Source of the DNA: Lama glama
Lineage: Eukaryota
DNA length: 64,000 nt
Direction: 5' to 3'
Assembly (NCBI GenBank): GCA_028534125.1
Contig: CM052817.1
Location: 22,632,001 to 22,696,000, forward strand
Each line of letters starts with the position of its first letter. The first letter of the stretch is position 1. The position numbers were made by a program, and so were the translations under genes. Below are positions 14,196 through 26,999 of the stretch, one piece after another. A model generated the notes under the pieces. The model did no database searches, had not been told where the DNA came from, and worked only from the letters and a program-made list of their open reading frames with translations.

Positions 14196-14898
14196 TAATA
14201 GAGAACAAAAAGAATTATAGGCAAAAAAGCAAAATAATTAAGTGATATATTGGTTCAGAAAGGAATTCAAAAGAGTTTACTCAGAACATTATGGGCAAAA
14301 TGAATAACCTCTCTGCCTTCATATACCTGTTTACTTACAGGGTGACAAGAAAATGAATTTCAGGAAGTTTCTGAGTAATTTCTTTTAATATAGAATTCTA
14401 TTAAGGAATTGAGATCTTGATATCTGCTACGATTCATTCTAAGCTCTGAGCACTGTGACCAGCCGCCGATTTTTTTTTCTTTTATAGTAAAGCAATTTTG
14501 AACTGAAGGTGTCACCAGTATTTGGTGAAACAATCAGAAGCAAACAAACAATTCTGGAGTATCCAGGACTTAGTTAATCAATCTTGTCAATGGTCCCCTT
14601 CAAAAGAATAAAATTTAAAGAAAAAAGTGTGTGTTGGGGTGGGGGAGTAAACCAGGGAAAAGGAAGTAGAAGTTAAAAAGTAAAAAATTTTACTTGCATA
14701 GTCTGTCCATCTTTTCACCTGCTGTTTCTTTTTAATTTTTTATCTCCGTAATTATATCCTCATCAAGGAGCATTCCATGCTTCCTGGCTTGATGCTATTA
14801 AAACTTCAGTTTAAGAAATAATTTTAAATCTCTTCCTCCTGTATTCTTCTACTTTCCTATCCAGATCCTAACGTAGAGTGGTATTTGAAGACAGGAGT

Positions 14899-14945
14899 TT
14901 GTGTGTGTGTGCGTGTGTGTGTGTGTGTATGCGTGCACATGTGCA
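14899..14945. repeat. (GT)n microsatellite
   Basis: Directly visible. Confidence 0.9.
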
Positions 14946-16939
14946 TATGAGTTTTTAGAACTCAAATTTTTTGCTACATCTGGTCTCCTCTTCCGTAAAT
15001 GACACCATTGATACCCTGGAGATAAGTTATGATTTCAATCTGTCTATTTAAATATTGGGGAATTGTTGGGAAAGGCAGTTCACTGGATGGGGAGAAAATC
15101 TCTTAGGAGTTGATCTTGATTATGTGGTGCCTTCATTTCTCAGACCATTTGAGATGCTAATTACAAATTGTTTTTGATTGTGCAGATGACCCAGGTAGTG
15201 ACACGGTGGAAAGAAATCACCATTTGAATATATCTCTGCTCTAATGAAGGTTACGCACTCAGGGGTCCAGAGTAAGGAATAAATGGAGCACTACACAGAC
15301 TGTTATTCTTTGTTTTCTTAGTATTTATACTGGTGAACTTAAAAAGCAAAAAAAAAAAAAAAGAATATAAAGAAAACTTCACAATTATTTCACTTTTCTG
15401 ACTCTTTAGGTAGATTTTTATAGGTTACAAATAACTTCCTGAGACAAACACATTTGTAGATGTTACCTAGAATGACTTCTATTTTCAGATTAAGAAGGTT
15501 AAAAAGTGTGGAAGGGGAGTTAGTGAGTCATACCGTGTCTAGCCATGTTTTGAGGCTCTTACTGTTAATTTTATATTTTACTCTTTCAGCTTACTCGCTA
15601 AAACTTTAAAATTCCTAAAACAGACGTGAGTTTTCCACTCAAGTCCCGAAACATGACTGCCTGTTGTAGGCTGAATGGGTAACTTGAGTTCTGAGAAATC
15701 TTATTTATTAAACAAAAACCTCCTGCTGTGAAAGAAGTATTTGATGTGTGTTTCCTGATGTCTTATCCATTTCCAGTCATCTTTTACCCACAGAAGCAAC
15801 AGGCTGATCACCTAATCTTCTTGATACCTGATGCGATAGTCTAATATGTTTCTGCTTTCCAACATGAGAAGAAACCTTTCAAAACCAACGATGGCTAAGC
15901 AGATGTCCAATAAATCCTCTAGACCATTGGGCTTGGGAAAAAAAGAAGCTTCATCCTCAGTTCCCTTCTATCATTTTAATATGGCTGAACAAAGGAATAA
16001 AAAGCTCAGTAGCTGACAGCACTGTCATCTCTCTCCAGCTCAGTGAAAGCATACATTTCCCCGATTTCCTGGCTGTGCATTAATGAGGAAATTGTCAGAG
16101 GGAAAGGAGTGAGTTTATGGTTCTCTGCTCCATATGTCAGTTCTTCAGTTCCCAACCCACTGTATTACGGCTTCTAGGAAATATGCTCCAATCATTTGTA
16201 AATGGTAATTGAGAGGACATTTATATTTTCACCATAGGATCTCTTTGACCCTCCTCAGTGATATTGATGCAGATTTTAGGCATGGAGCTACTTTTCCTAA
16301 TCTTGTCCAGCAGCTTCTCCTCCCCTCAAATGCGGATGTAGGTTGGCGAGGGGCCACCTCTAATTACTTCTCATTACTTTCCTTCATCTTTTAGCGTGTT
16401 CTTACGGTATGGAGCTTTACTAATTGCTGACAAAAGCCAAATGGGGAAAAAATAAAAAAAGAGGAAGAGACTTTGATAGGTAATCTGTCTCAGCAGCACA
16501 GTAGCACCACTCTCAACCCTACTGGAATCTGCTTATTGCCAAAGATCATAGCCGCCGCCTGCAATGTTAAACACTGGAAACCTGCTGCTGCTTCTGTTTT
16601 TGCTCCTGCTCACTCTGGAGGCCACAGATGCACCTCAAGAGGAGAAAGGCAAGGCAAGGAGATGCCTATTTATTTAAGCGCACATGTAAAGGGAAGATTT
16701 TTCCATCAGTTTCTGAGCGCTGCAAGTCCTAAACTCTTCTGAAAACGAAGAATCAATTGGTTTCCCCTCAAGCAACAAAAACATATGCAAAGCCCTAGTT
16801 GGGCACTTGGAAGTGAGCCACCTACTAAAAGGTGACTACATGTAGCCCCTGCTGAGAAAGCTTTTACAGTATCAGAGGGAAGATAGTGGGAACCTAATGA
16901 TGATGCGGAGGATGAGGATGACAGTAATAATGGCTAAAA

Positions 16940-17905
16940 GAGGCGTTGCAATAATATACTCAGGAGTTCAAAGGAAAAAAGGAAATCAGTTCCTAGACAG
17001 CATTGAGGAGACTGCTTTGCAAAAGAAAAAGAAAAAGGAAAAAAAAAGTGGAATTTAATCTAGATCTTTGAAGGATAACATGAGTTCAATAAAAGAGGAG
17101 AGAACACTTGGCTAATGAAAGAGAATGAAAGTGGCTTCAGAGAGGCTATATTAAACCTGGTCAGAATCTATACTGATAAAAAAATATTGTTGGAAAAGAG
17201 GACTGGATGGGGACTAGATTATAAAGAATATCTCTTGTAATACCACGGTGCATGGGTTTTATTCAGAATGCATTAAAGTTTTACTGTAGAGTAAGTACCA
17301 TGTCTGATCAGCACTTCAGAAATACTAATAATGCAAAATTATGAGTATTACTGACAGTGATGGGGAGAGGCTCAGGTATGCATGACACAATTAGCCTCAG
17401 GGATGAAAGGCTAAGGTCTGTTCGGGCTGCTACAGCAGAGTACCACAACCTGGGTGGCTTAGACAACATTTATTTCTCACAGTTCTGGAGGCTGGAAGTC
17501 CAAGATCAAGGCACTGGCATCTCAGTGTCTGGTGAGACCCTACTTCCTGATTCACAGATGTTGTATTTTCACATGGTACAAGGGGTGAGGGAACCTCTTG
17601 TTAAGGTTATCGATCCCATTTAGGAGGGGCCTGCCCTCAAAACCTAATCAACTCCAGAGACCCCCCCCCCCCATGTCTTAATGCCATCCTATTGGGGGTC
17701 AGGACCACAACATTTGAATTTTGGGAGACAGAAACATTCAGTTGATAGCAAGAGACAAGTATTCTTAATTGCCTGCGTCATGATGATGGCATTGGGAAAA
17801 GTAAGAGGGAACCAGATTTGAGACAGGAGGACGCATTAGGAACTGGTGCCAGCTTGGATGGGAGAATCAAGAAAGAGTCAAAGATCAGATTTTTGCCCCC
17901 AATTA
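16940..17905 (-). mobile_element. Degraded L2, interrupted by MLT1A
   Basis: Purine-rich antisense L2-like blocks (tctagatctttgaaggata; gaaagagtcaaagat) lie on both sides of the MaLR LTR. Confidence 0.5.
17408..17750 (-). mobile_element. MaLR solo LTR (MLT1A-like)
   Basis: gggctgctacagcagagtaccacaacctgggtggcttagacaacatttatttctcacagttctggaggctggaagtccaagatcaagg...gaaacattcagttgatagca. Confidence 0.92.
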
Positions 17906-19099
17906 GAAGATAAATTTTAGTTCCACTTACTCGAATAAAGAACTTTTCTGCCTTCACAGCCCCACATTCCACACAAATATTCCTTTCATTGTGGTAAAAA
18001 GTTCAGGGAATTCCAGAGAATTTCTGCATTAATGGAAACTATGAAAAGGATGCAGGCTCCCTTCTGTTGTCTGATCCAAAAAATGGTACAGGAATTCTAT
18101 GCTCCATCTCATGTCTGCCTGGGATAAGTAAGGGTCAGGACCCCTTCACAAGAACTTACCAGCAACAAAATTCTCCTCTTTATTTTTAGGTGGTCAATAA
18201 AAGGAAGCAGAGAAAAAAATAATCCTGATTTTGTATCTCCCGATGTTTTATCTTTACTCCTAAACCTCTACTGTGAAGGAAACTGACAATAGTTTGAATA
18301 TGTCATAGTCTAGTAGCCAATAAGAGTCCCAGATAATTAGAACATGACGGGGAGGGAAAGTAAGTGAACAATTCTTTGTATATTTCCTCTGTCTCAATTT
18401 TTACCTTCAACCCGCTACCATAGTCCTCTTACTGGTAACAAGAATCATGAAAATGATATACTATAGAATTAGCAGGAAAACGCAAAACCTGGCCAGTTAA
18501 ATTACATGTGGCTCTCAGATGTCCTTGCACGGTTTGGAGAAGATCAGCCTCAGGGTCTAATTGCACAGCCTTTCATGTGAAGTCCTCACAGAACTGTTCG
18601 TAATGGAATATCGGAAGGAATTTTCTTATTACTGATGAAATAAACCAGAACTAGGACTCAAATCATTTCATGTATAGTACTTTCTTTTCCCTTTCATATG
18701 ATCTATGGTCTGAGGATATGTCCTTGCTGTTTTTTCAGGGGGAAAAAAAAAAAACTATCTGACCTGATACTCTTTTTCATTGATCTCCAAAAAACAGAAA
18801 ATGGTAAAAATTTATTACAGTGAGTCTTTTCAAGTCATATTGGACCCACATTATGCACAGACTATGAGTTAACCAGAGCAAAACTGTTACATTCCAGTTG
18901 AATTTATTGGAGGGAGATAGAAAAAAAAAAATCAAACATGTTAAAAAGAAATGAGATTAGTAAACATATTATGAAATCATAGGAAATGCTCTTATTGCAG
19001 AACCTTTCTGATGTTTTGCAAAATGCTATGTTTCTTAAGAGTTGCAAAGATATTTCAAATCATCTTATAAAGTTATGTGCTTACTGTGAGTTCCTTTCT

Positions 19100-19440
19100 T
19101 CACTTGCATTTGTATTCATTCAGTTTTCAACAGATACTGTAGGTGTTTACAATATGCTAGGTGCTAGTAACAAGATGCATAGGGCCAGACTGAAAGAAGT
19201 AGAAAGACTGGCCAGAGAGAGAGAGAGACTTAAACAAATTATTGTTGTCAATATGGTAATTATGATATGTGTAGACGTAATGCTGGTCAAAAGAGTGAGT
19301 GCTTTATTTTTAGCTTAGGAAAATCAATCATTTGTTTCCAGAGAAGATGCTTGGGCTTTATCTTGAAGGTAACTAAGATACCACTAATTAAACAAGAGGA
19401 ATTCCACACAGGCATTAGAGCCTGGGCAATATGAAAGGAA
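19100..19440 (-). mobile_element. L2 3' fragment
   Basis: tattcattcagttttcaacagatactg...atgctaggtgctag is an antisense L2 tail. Confidence 0.6.
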
Positions 19441-20499
19441 GGAGCTAGCTCAAGGAGCTTATAATGGTGTTAGCAGCTGGTCCCAAGTGGAGGACAGAAA
19501 GCAGTGTTGGTTGCTTCTCCTTTTGCTGTTTATCATTGCTTGGGTAAAATAAACACTGCATGAACCATGACAAAGCACGCTTGGTTAGATACTTGGAAAA
19601 AACTAAACTCAAAACACGTGCGTGCACACACACATAAATGTACACACAAAGACATATATATACTCCTGAGAATGGCTGATGTCACCATTTTTGATGAAAA
19701 ATGCAACCTCATATTTAGTGTTGAGAGAAACTGATCCTGAAATCATTTATTGTCTATTGTTGCTTGTTATATCATTTAAAATTAAAAGAAAAACTATTGA
19801 ATCAAACAACACTTTTGAAAATCCAAATTCAAAATTAGACCATTCATGAGGGTTCCATGTTCCTTTATTTTCAAATGTACTCTTCTCTCTAGGGTAATAA
19901 TGCAGTTCTGACAGTGGTTCTATTAGGTTTACTTGGCTACCTGTAGTAGTTGTGGTCTATCTTAGGATGTGCCTACTTTAAATTAAGAGAAATCTGGAGA
20001 ATTGCTAATGTTCCTTACATATTACTGGTTTGGTCTGTGTGTGGTATGTGTGGGAATGTTTGTTTTCACGTGTTTAAGTGCAAGTGTGTTTCCGTTGTCT
20101 TGGCTAGAAAAACTGGGCAGCCTAGCCAATTGTTCTGAGTGTACTTATATATAAATAAGAGGGGTTTCAGTTCACTTCTAGCATGATTATCCACAACATC
20201 AAAAATATTCTGGTCAAGGGAAAACAATGTAGCTAAACATAATCTTAAAGAAAAAGGCTCATGTTTACAAATGGTAAGAGGAAACTCTACTTAGTGAATA
20301 TGGAATATCAAGAGATGATTTCTCTGGGGAAAGTTACGGCATTTAATTTAGCAAAACTGGCTTTGCCTTGTTAATGCATTGCCTTAGTTATTGTTAGCTA
20401 GTGCATTTGACACAGTTGATTCCCTGTTTCACTATAAGTTCCTTGACTCCATGACAATTTATTTTTCTGCTGTATAATTCTCAGTTCACAGCATGATAC

Positions 20500-21050
20500 T
20501 GGAAGGGAGGAAAGTTTTTGCATCTACCCTCTTAGGTTCTCCAGCTGGGACCCTGGAAATTAAACTGATGGAAGATAAATTAACAAGATGAAGAAAACTC
20601 CAGCATTTGTTAACATGTGCAGTGACCAAACAAGTGGGAGAAAATGATGAGTATCTGTCTCAAAGGGGTAATTAAATTTGGGGGTTATAGAATATCTTCA
20701 CGAAGAACGATGTATTTGTAGAAAAGTGACAAGAAAAGAAAAAGAGGTTTAGGCAGTTTTTAGAGGCAGCGGACTCTGAGACGGTAAATATGTGGGGGTA
20801 GGGAAATAATGGAAGTTAAGGATTATTTTAGTAAGGTTTGTTATGTCCATTCCCACAGGGCTGTCTTTGGGTAGATAAGAGTCTAAAGTTGTTTCTGGTG
20901 TTTAAGAATCTAAGTCTGCTTTTAGGCAAATGGTGGGGGGAAGGCAGAGAGCTTTTTTACAGTATTTGCTGTTTTTCTATTATCTTGACTTAAATAATCC
21001 TTCTGCCAAAGTGGTTTATTTTGGAGTGACAAATCCTGACATTCTGGGAC
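20500..21050 (-). mobile_element. ERV1 solo LTR (MER34/MER39-like)
   Basis: ccagctgggaccctggaaattaaactg is the reverse complement of the 44880-44905 motif. The end ctgccaaagtggtttattttggagtgac matches the family 5' end. Confidence 0.82.
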
Positions 21051-21439
21051 TCTTCTTGGGCGATAATAGTGAAATAGTGGTTTTTCTTGTGTTAAAAAAA
21101 CCCTGTGATTCTTGTTTACATGCCCCTAATAATAATAGTAATGATAATTTGGGGAAAAGACAATGGGAATAAATCCACAAATCTATAAAACTGGCAAATA
21201 ATGCACACATATTTAATACTAAGGAATATGATTTAATAAACAGGAGACTACTTTGGTTTATGTGGCTTTTGATTGAGTTCTCTTTCTCAATCTATTAGAA
21301 GATGTTTGCTTTTGAATTTGAAAAGACTGTGAAGCTTTGAGGACAAGGTAATTTGCATATTTATTTGCCTAGTATCTGAGACACAGTAGAAGATTTTAAA
21401 AGATTAGTATGGGATGGTCTAGCATATTTCGTTTTCTAG

Positions 21440-21690
21440 CATTTTAACACTATGTATTCCAAGGAACACTTTTCTCAAAGGATGTTAATAACTGCTGGAC
21501 ACATTTGAGAATTGCTGGACTAAATACATTTGTATAGGTTCCTTTACTTGAAAAACTTCTCAGATTTCAGATCTTAAGCCATCAAAGGACACTAAAATAA
21601 GCATTTTTTTCCCCTTGAAATTATATGACCATGAACATTTTTTTCTTCAAAACAACTTGCAAAATTAATACCAGTTTGGGAATTGATGTC
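21440..21690. mobile_element. hAT-Charlie MITE (MER112-like)
   Basis: ggaacact...gatgttaata...tttgagaattgctgg...aggttcctttact...cttctcaga...tgaccatgaacattttttt...tttgggaa resembles this MITE layout. Confidence 0.55.
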
Positions 21691-21894
21691 TTAGATAAGT
21701 ATTTCATATATAACTTGAATCTCATTCAAATATTGCTAGAGAAGTTTATATAAGTAACATATTTATTAAGAACAAAAAATGACAAGGACTATAAATAAAT
21801 AAAAAGAAACAACTTGTTTTTTGTCCTGTTTCCATGTTAGTTGAAAAGTGATTTTATTGATCTAAGATGTATTTTTCATTCTTAAATAATGTGT

Positions 21895-22330
21895 ATAAAT
21901 TTAAATTGCATATTCTCTCTGATCTACTAATTTTACTTTTAGGAATTTTTGCTACAGATATTCTTACACATATGTGAAATGATACACTTAAGAATATTCA
22001 TTGCTGCATTTCTGATTAGGAAAAAACATTGGAACCAATCCAAATATTCATTGAAAAGGAAAAGATAGGCATGGTATGGTTTGCTCCACATAATAGAATT
22101 ACATGCAGCTTAAAACGAATGATTCAGCTTTTGACAGTCATACCATTATCCTTCTAAATTGTATGTATATTTTGGACACTTTAGACATTACATAATAACA
22201 TGCTTATTTTTTACAGAAAAACATATACATATTTATATATGTTAGAAAACATCTAGACTACGTATTAAAAAATCCAAGTAATAAATTAACAATAGTTGTC
22301 TGGGAAAGGTAACTATTAATGGGTGATTTT
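21895..22330 (+). mobile_element. Old L1 (L1ME-like) 3' fragment
   Basis: ttttacttttaggaattttt...aagaatattcattgctgcatt...aaacattggaaccaatccaaatattcattg. Confidence 0.6.
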
Positions 22331-23899
22331 CTGTTTCTATTTTCCTAATTATAAAAAATATTGATGTTTGTGGAAATAAAGAAATAAAAATGTCAAATTA
22401 TGTAATATTTTTACATAAGAGAAAAAATAAATAAAAATCTAAACATTAAGTTGTAATAAAGCAATCATACTATTTGGATAATTCCTTACACACAGTGATG
22501 AAGCAAGAAGAAAATTCTTCAAAGATAAAGTGAAGTGTTTAACTTCATGCTCTTCATTCTGGGTACAGTATGGGAGACACTGAGGTTTTTATTGTTTGAG
22601 TTTGGATGATAGTTTTAAGTACCTCATGGATGGCCTTCAAGATCAGAGTCCAGAGATGTCCATGATTTCAGTTTTTCTTTTAAGAAATAATGAATGAGGA
22701 TTATGAGTGTTTTATATGAACAGCACCTAAACATTCTTTCAGATGAATGAGTGTATCATCTTGGTTGCTCATATTATAATGTTTTATTTTACTAAGATTC
22801 TTGGATTTTACTGTTCCTGTTATACCACGCATGGTGTTGGGCCCAGAGAAATTTAAATTTTTGAGGCATTGTCGTTATTGCTACAGTGAATGTTTTAAGA
22901 GGAAACACTCTTCCTTCAAATGTTCAAATAATTGGGACAAATTTCAGTCTAACCCTGAGCTAAATTGCATTTTGAATCAAATTCCAGGATATCAGCTCTG
23001 ATACTAATACAACTACGTAGATGATCATGGTGGGACGGAGAGTAATGTAGAACCCTGTAACTGAGCAGTGCCGGTGAGAAGAGAGGGCTTGCAACATAGA
23101 TAAAGAGGGAGACGGTAGAACGTATAATGTATGGGGCCAAAGTTGATTTGGGAGGATTGAAACAGATTCCCAGACTATTATAAAATAAATGATACACTGG
23201 CCGGGATTTGTATAAAATACTTCATATAGACAGTAAAGACTATATACGTATATTACTTAATCTATAATTTTGGAGTGCTTACTCTTTACAATGAAAATAC
23301 CAAGTACTTTAAATGATTTTAAATATGACCACAGGATGTTCTCAGTAGTAGACTGGTCTGGAATACTGTACAGACACTCTCCTCATTGTGTAAACATAGT
23401 ATAAGAATTTAGTAAGCCTAATAGGCATTTCTTTTGAAAATGGAGTTCTAAACCTAGGATTCCAAACTGTTTCTAAGTTAAACTGCTGTTTCAGAGGATA
23501 TCTGTGTTGACCCTGACTAGGAGGTTAGCTGAATGTAATCATTAAAATATGTTTGTGTTTGGCATAAGTGAATCTTTTCTGCAAGTTTACCAGAGACAGA
23601 TCGCTGAGACTTTATGGAAATCACAGAAAGTCTGAATGACTGTTTGCATGCCACACTGCTATAAATATTTGTATCTGTGTGGCACCATTTGCAACATATG
23701 ACCACGTCTTCAAGTTGCAGAGAGGAGTCCAACAGCACACACCAGCCCCTAACTGTTAAATGACACCAAAAACTACTAAAATGAGTCTAATGCTTGTGAA
23801 CTGCATATAAGCATAAGTCAATTTATAACAAATTACTATATATATGATTTGTTGCAAATATAGTTGATTCAGCACCTGTAGGAAATTGTGCAAGCCAAT

Positions 23900-24002
23900 T
23901 CCATTATAAAGCAGCAGGGATGCAATGCATACTTGCTAGCATCCAATTCCTGAAATAGTGTCTGGCATATAGCAAGTATTCAATAACTATATGTTGAATA
24001 TA
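23900..24002 (+). mobile_element. L2 3' terminus
   Basis: atagtgtctggcatatagcaagtattcaataactatatgttgaat. Confidence 0.7.
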
Positions 24003-24084
24003 TGGAAGTCACAACTAAAAAAACATATATATATTGTGTGTGTATGTATATATGTGTGTGTGTGTGTGTGTATAGTATATACTA

Positions 24085-24592
24085 ATCTCTTCTCCTAAAT
24101 CCCATATTCTAGGTTTACTTAGATGTTTTACCAAGTATAACCCCAAACTCAACAGTTCCCAGACTATTCTTCTTTCAAAGTCAACTCTTCCTCTAAAATC
24201 TTCAGTATCTGGGAATATGACTCATTTTTCTCATTATGTAGACTTAAAAAGCTCAGTATCTTTGACTTCATTCCCAGGAATCAAAAGCAAATGTTCATCT
24301 TCCAGGATAAATTTCACACCCACCCACTTTACATTTGAACATTCACCACTCACAGCCTCTATTATTCATCACAGTAATCACCTGATACCTCTTCCACTCT
24401 CATTCATAGTACTTGGGGGGAAGAAAAAAAGACTTCAAAAGACTATCACTATCTACTTTAAGGGTCAAATCATCAGTGTGAATATCATGTTTGTTCAAAA
24501 ACTGGCCATTCCCACTATTATTAGGACAAGAGCTTACTGGTATATGTGGAGTCTCCATTGTGACTACACACACAATATTAAGTTCTTAGTTA
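24085..24592 (+). mobile_element. L2 fragment (left part of the host for the LTR/ERV nest)
   Basis: Pyrimidine-rich L2-like body (ttacttagatgtttt...ccccaaactcaac). It appears to resume after 29765. Confidence 0.55.
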
Positions 24593-24975
24593 CTTGTGAA
24601 GGGGATCAGCATATGCCACTCTGCACACCATTTTGGCATAAGAATAGTTTTGTGCTCAAGGCACTTCAGTTCCTGAAATTATTTGTCTGCCTAAAAGCAG
24701 AGTCTCTACAAAAAAAACTCAAGTGTCATAAACTCCCTCCCCAGGAACAACTCAAATCATCTCTTCTCAGAGAGAAGTCAACACCACATCCAAAGAGACA
24801 CTGTTGCCAAACTATCATATTTCTGTTGTTCTAAAACTAACAAGCTGCCATATATTTATTTCTGCAGCAAAGATGGGTTTATTCAGGATCAGTAGAGAAT
24901 TGCAATTTGGGGTCTGCAACCATGGCAAGCCACACGCAAGTCCCCACAGGGCAAGGGAAGGAAAACACTTCTTTT

Positions 24976-25142
24976 CAAATGTTATATTTTATTTAACTCA
25001 ATATGTCAAGTATTATCATTTCAACACACAATCGATATAAAAAAAATCTTGAGACCGTTTACATTCCTTTTTTGCAGCAAGCCTTTGAAATCCAGGATAT
25101 ATCTTACACTCCCAGCACACTCTGGTTCAGACGAGCCACAAT
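24976..25142. mobile_element. MER33/MER3-like hAT-Charlie fragment
   Basis: tattttatttaactcaatat...attatcatttcaaca...ctttgaaatccagg...cttacact..cagcaca...agccacat. Termini are missing. Confidence 0.8.
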
Positions 25143-25810
25143 AAAATCTGGCGTTGCGAGAAAATGACCCGAGGAAGTTTCTTTTTTCAGGCTTCAACCC
25201 CCTCCCATACCAACTGGCATTCTCTATTTTTATATTTTTATAAATCAAGGGAAAACTTTGCATAAATGACCTTGAAAAAATGGTTAGAATCATCATGTAA
25301 AGTTTTTTGTTATGTATTTCCTCTGGTTCTCTAAATCCCATTCAAGAAAAGTGATGTAATACCTGAGAACAGGAAAGTCAGTTTAAGAGCAGTTTCAGAG
25401 AAACAAAACTGAAACTTTATTACCGCCTACTCAATGAAACAAGAGCAAAAAGATTGGGAAGTCAGTAAGCAATCTGGTGTTTCAATAAACTGTTTTAACT
25501 TCTTATAATTTATATGATTGCATGAGAAATAAATATATATATATATATATTTATATCTCTTTTAAACTCAGAGTTTGGTAGTTAATCAGATTGTCATATA
25601 TATTAAACTTCACTGAATTGTATTAATTAGAAATGCTGAAACATATTTGCCAGAATTTGTACAATTTGTGTTTATTTTTCAGAAAGAATATTTACCTACG
25701 AACTAACAAAACTTTGACTAGCATTAATGCATATTAAGATCTTTGCATAAGTAAGTTCAATTTGATACAACTTTGCACATAGTGATTGGTGGTAACTATA
25801 GTTGTGATGA

Positions 25811-25870
25811 TTACGAGTGGGGGAAGGGGCTGGGAAGGAATAAATTGGGAGCTTGGGATTTACAGATACT

Positions 25871-25914
<44 letters not shown>

Positions 25915-25969
25915 TTATATATATATATATATATATACACATAAAATAGATAAACAACAAGTTCATACT
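25811..25969 (+). mobile_element. L1 3' UTR fragment with (TA)n expansion, no poly-A
   Basis: gggggaaggggctgggaaggaataaattgggagcttgggatttacagatactaac(TA)n...aaaatagataaacaacaagttc is homologous to 40600-40680. Confidence 0.85.
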
Positions 25970-26274
25970 GAAAACACTTTTATAGTAGGAAAAGGAAGTT
26001 GGGAAGGCTACAGTAAACAGAGTTTTTGCTAGAAAAGAAGAGGGGTATTTCCTGTTGAGCTCTGCTATTGTCACATGGTGTGAGAGCTCCCCTTTCTGAC
26101 CTCCCAACTTTACTTAAAGTTTTTATTTATTAATTTTTAAATTTCTCCCTTTTGTTCAATCTCTTTCTATGAAAGTATCACTGATCAAAAGTCATGGTTT
26201 CTAGTTTCAGTTGCTTTTTGTCCCTTAATGTCAGAAAAGACCTTTCCTGGGTGTAGTGTCTCACCTTGGGTGTT

Positions 26275-26545
26275 TGCTCAGAGGTCCTGAACAAAGCAAA
26301 TCACCAGGAAATTAGGGATATTACAGGCACTGGTGCAAAAGATAATAAAGCCTTGAGCCTTGTAACCTTCTATTATGGGTTTCATGCCTTGTAAGGCTTC
26401 TTTACTTATAGGGTATTTATTAATTCTGGGAAGAGGTTTTGAGAAATCTTTCTGAATCTTGTTGGGAGGTGTGCTGTAAATTTTGTCAATATCATTTGGA
26501 GATTTTGCCCATAAAAAGGTGATAGGTGATTCAATAAAGATAAAT
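26275..26545 (-). pseudogene. pol: ERV reverse-transcriptase N-terminal remnant
   Basis: LWAKSPNDIDKIYSTPPNKIQKDFSKPLPRINKYPISK / EALQGMKPIIEGYKAQGFIIFCTSACNIP...FVQDL*A. It truncates after the VQDL motif, and no rest of pol or env is seen. Confidence 0.85.
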
Positions 26546-26649
26546 GATCAGTGTTTCCAAAATCAGATCTAGTACTATCCAAGACAGCATGTATTAAAAA
26601 AAAATGTCAAAGTGTCGATTAATTTACCTGGTTAGTTATGTTGATGACT

Positions 26650-26960
26650 ACTGTCAAATTCTAGAATTGTTTCCCCTTCCAAGGAGAAAGAAACCCCAGC
26701 ATGATACTTCTCTGAAAAGCCTCAGCCTAATAAGTGGACGGGGGTGGAGGAACTAAGAAGAAGAGGGTGTGTATCTCCCAGAGGACCTAAACAAAAGGGA
26801 GTGTGTCCAGAGACAAGAACCTTTTGAGGGTCACTGGAGACGCCCTCTGGTGAACTGCTTTAGTACCCTGAGGCAGGGCTGCTTCATAACAGGGGGTTTG
26901 AGCACTGAGAGTGTGGCTCCAGTGTCAGTTAGGACTGGAAGAGATTCATTCTCAATCTAG
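26650..26960 (-). pseudogene. pro: ERV aspartic protease remnant
   Basis: VLTDTGATLSVL at 26900-26935 and PVHLLG* (degenerate LLGRD) near 26725-26742. Confidence 0.88.
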
Positions 26961-26999
26961 GGAAATGTTTCTCCAAGCTGATGAAGAGGCAAGATCGGG

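Larger units (their letters stand above)
24973..25969 (-). mobile_element. ~1 kb TSD-flanked composite insert (MER33-like fragment, unique DNA, L1 3' UTR piece); probable retrocopy or transduction
   Basis: GAAAACACTTCT at 24961-24972 and GAAAACACTTTT at 25970-25981 flank it. The uninterrupted sister LTR has a single gaacactttt at ~29151. Minus-strand AATAAA at 24988-24993. Confidence 0.72.

Noticed and set aside
24217..24834. Longest ORF (205 aa)
   Set aside because: It runs from decayed L2 through an LTR into a second LTR, with no domain-like composition. A chance open frame.
25145..25969. Twin-priming inverted L1 as the explanation of the 1-kb insert
   Set aside because: The expected minus-strand continuation of the L1 3' UTR and its tail is not visible in 25145-25810.
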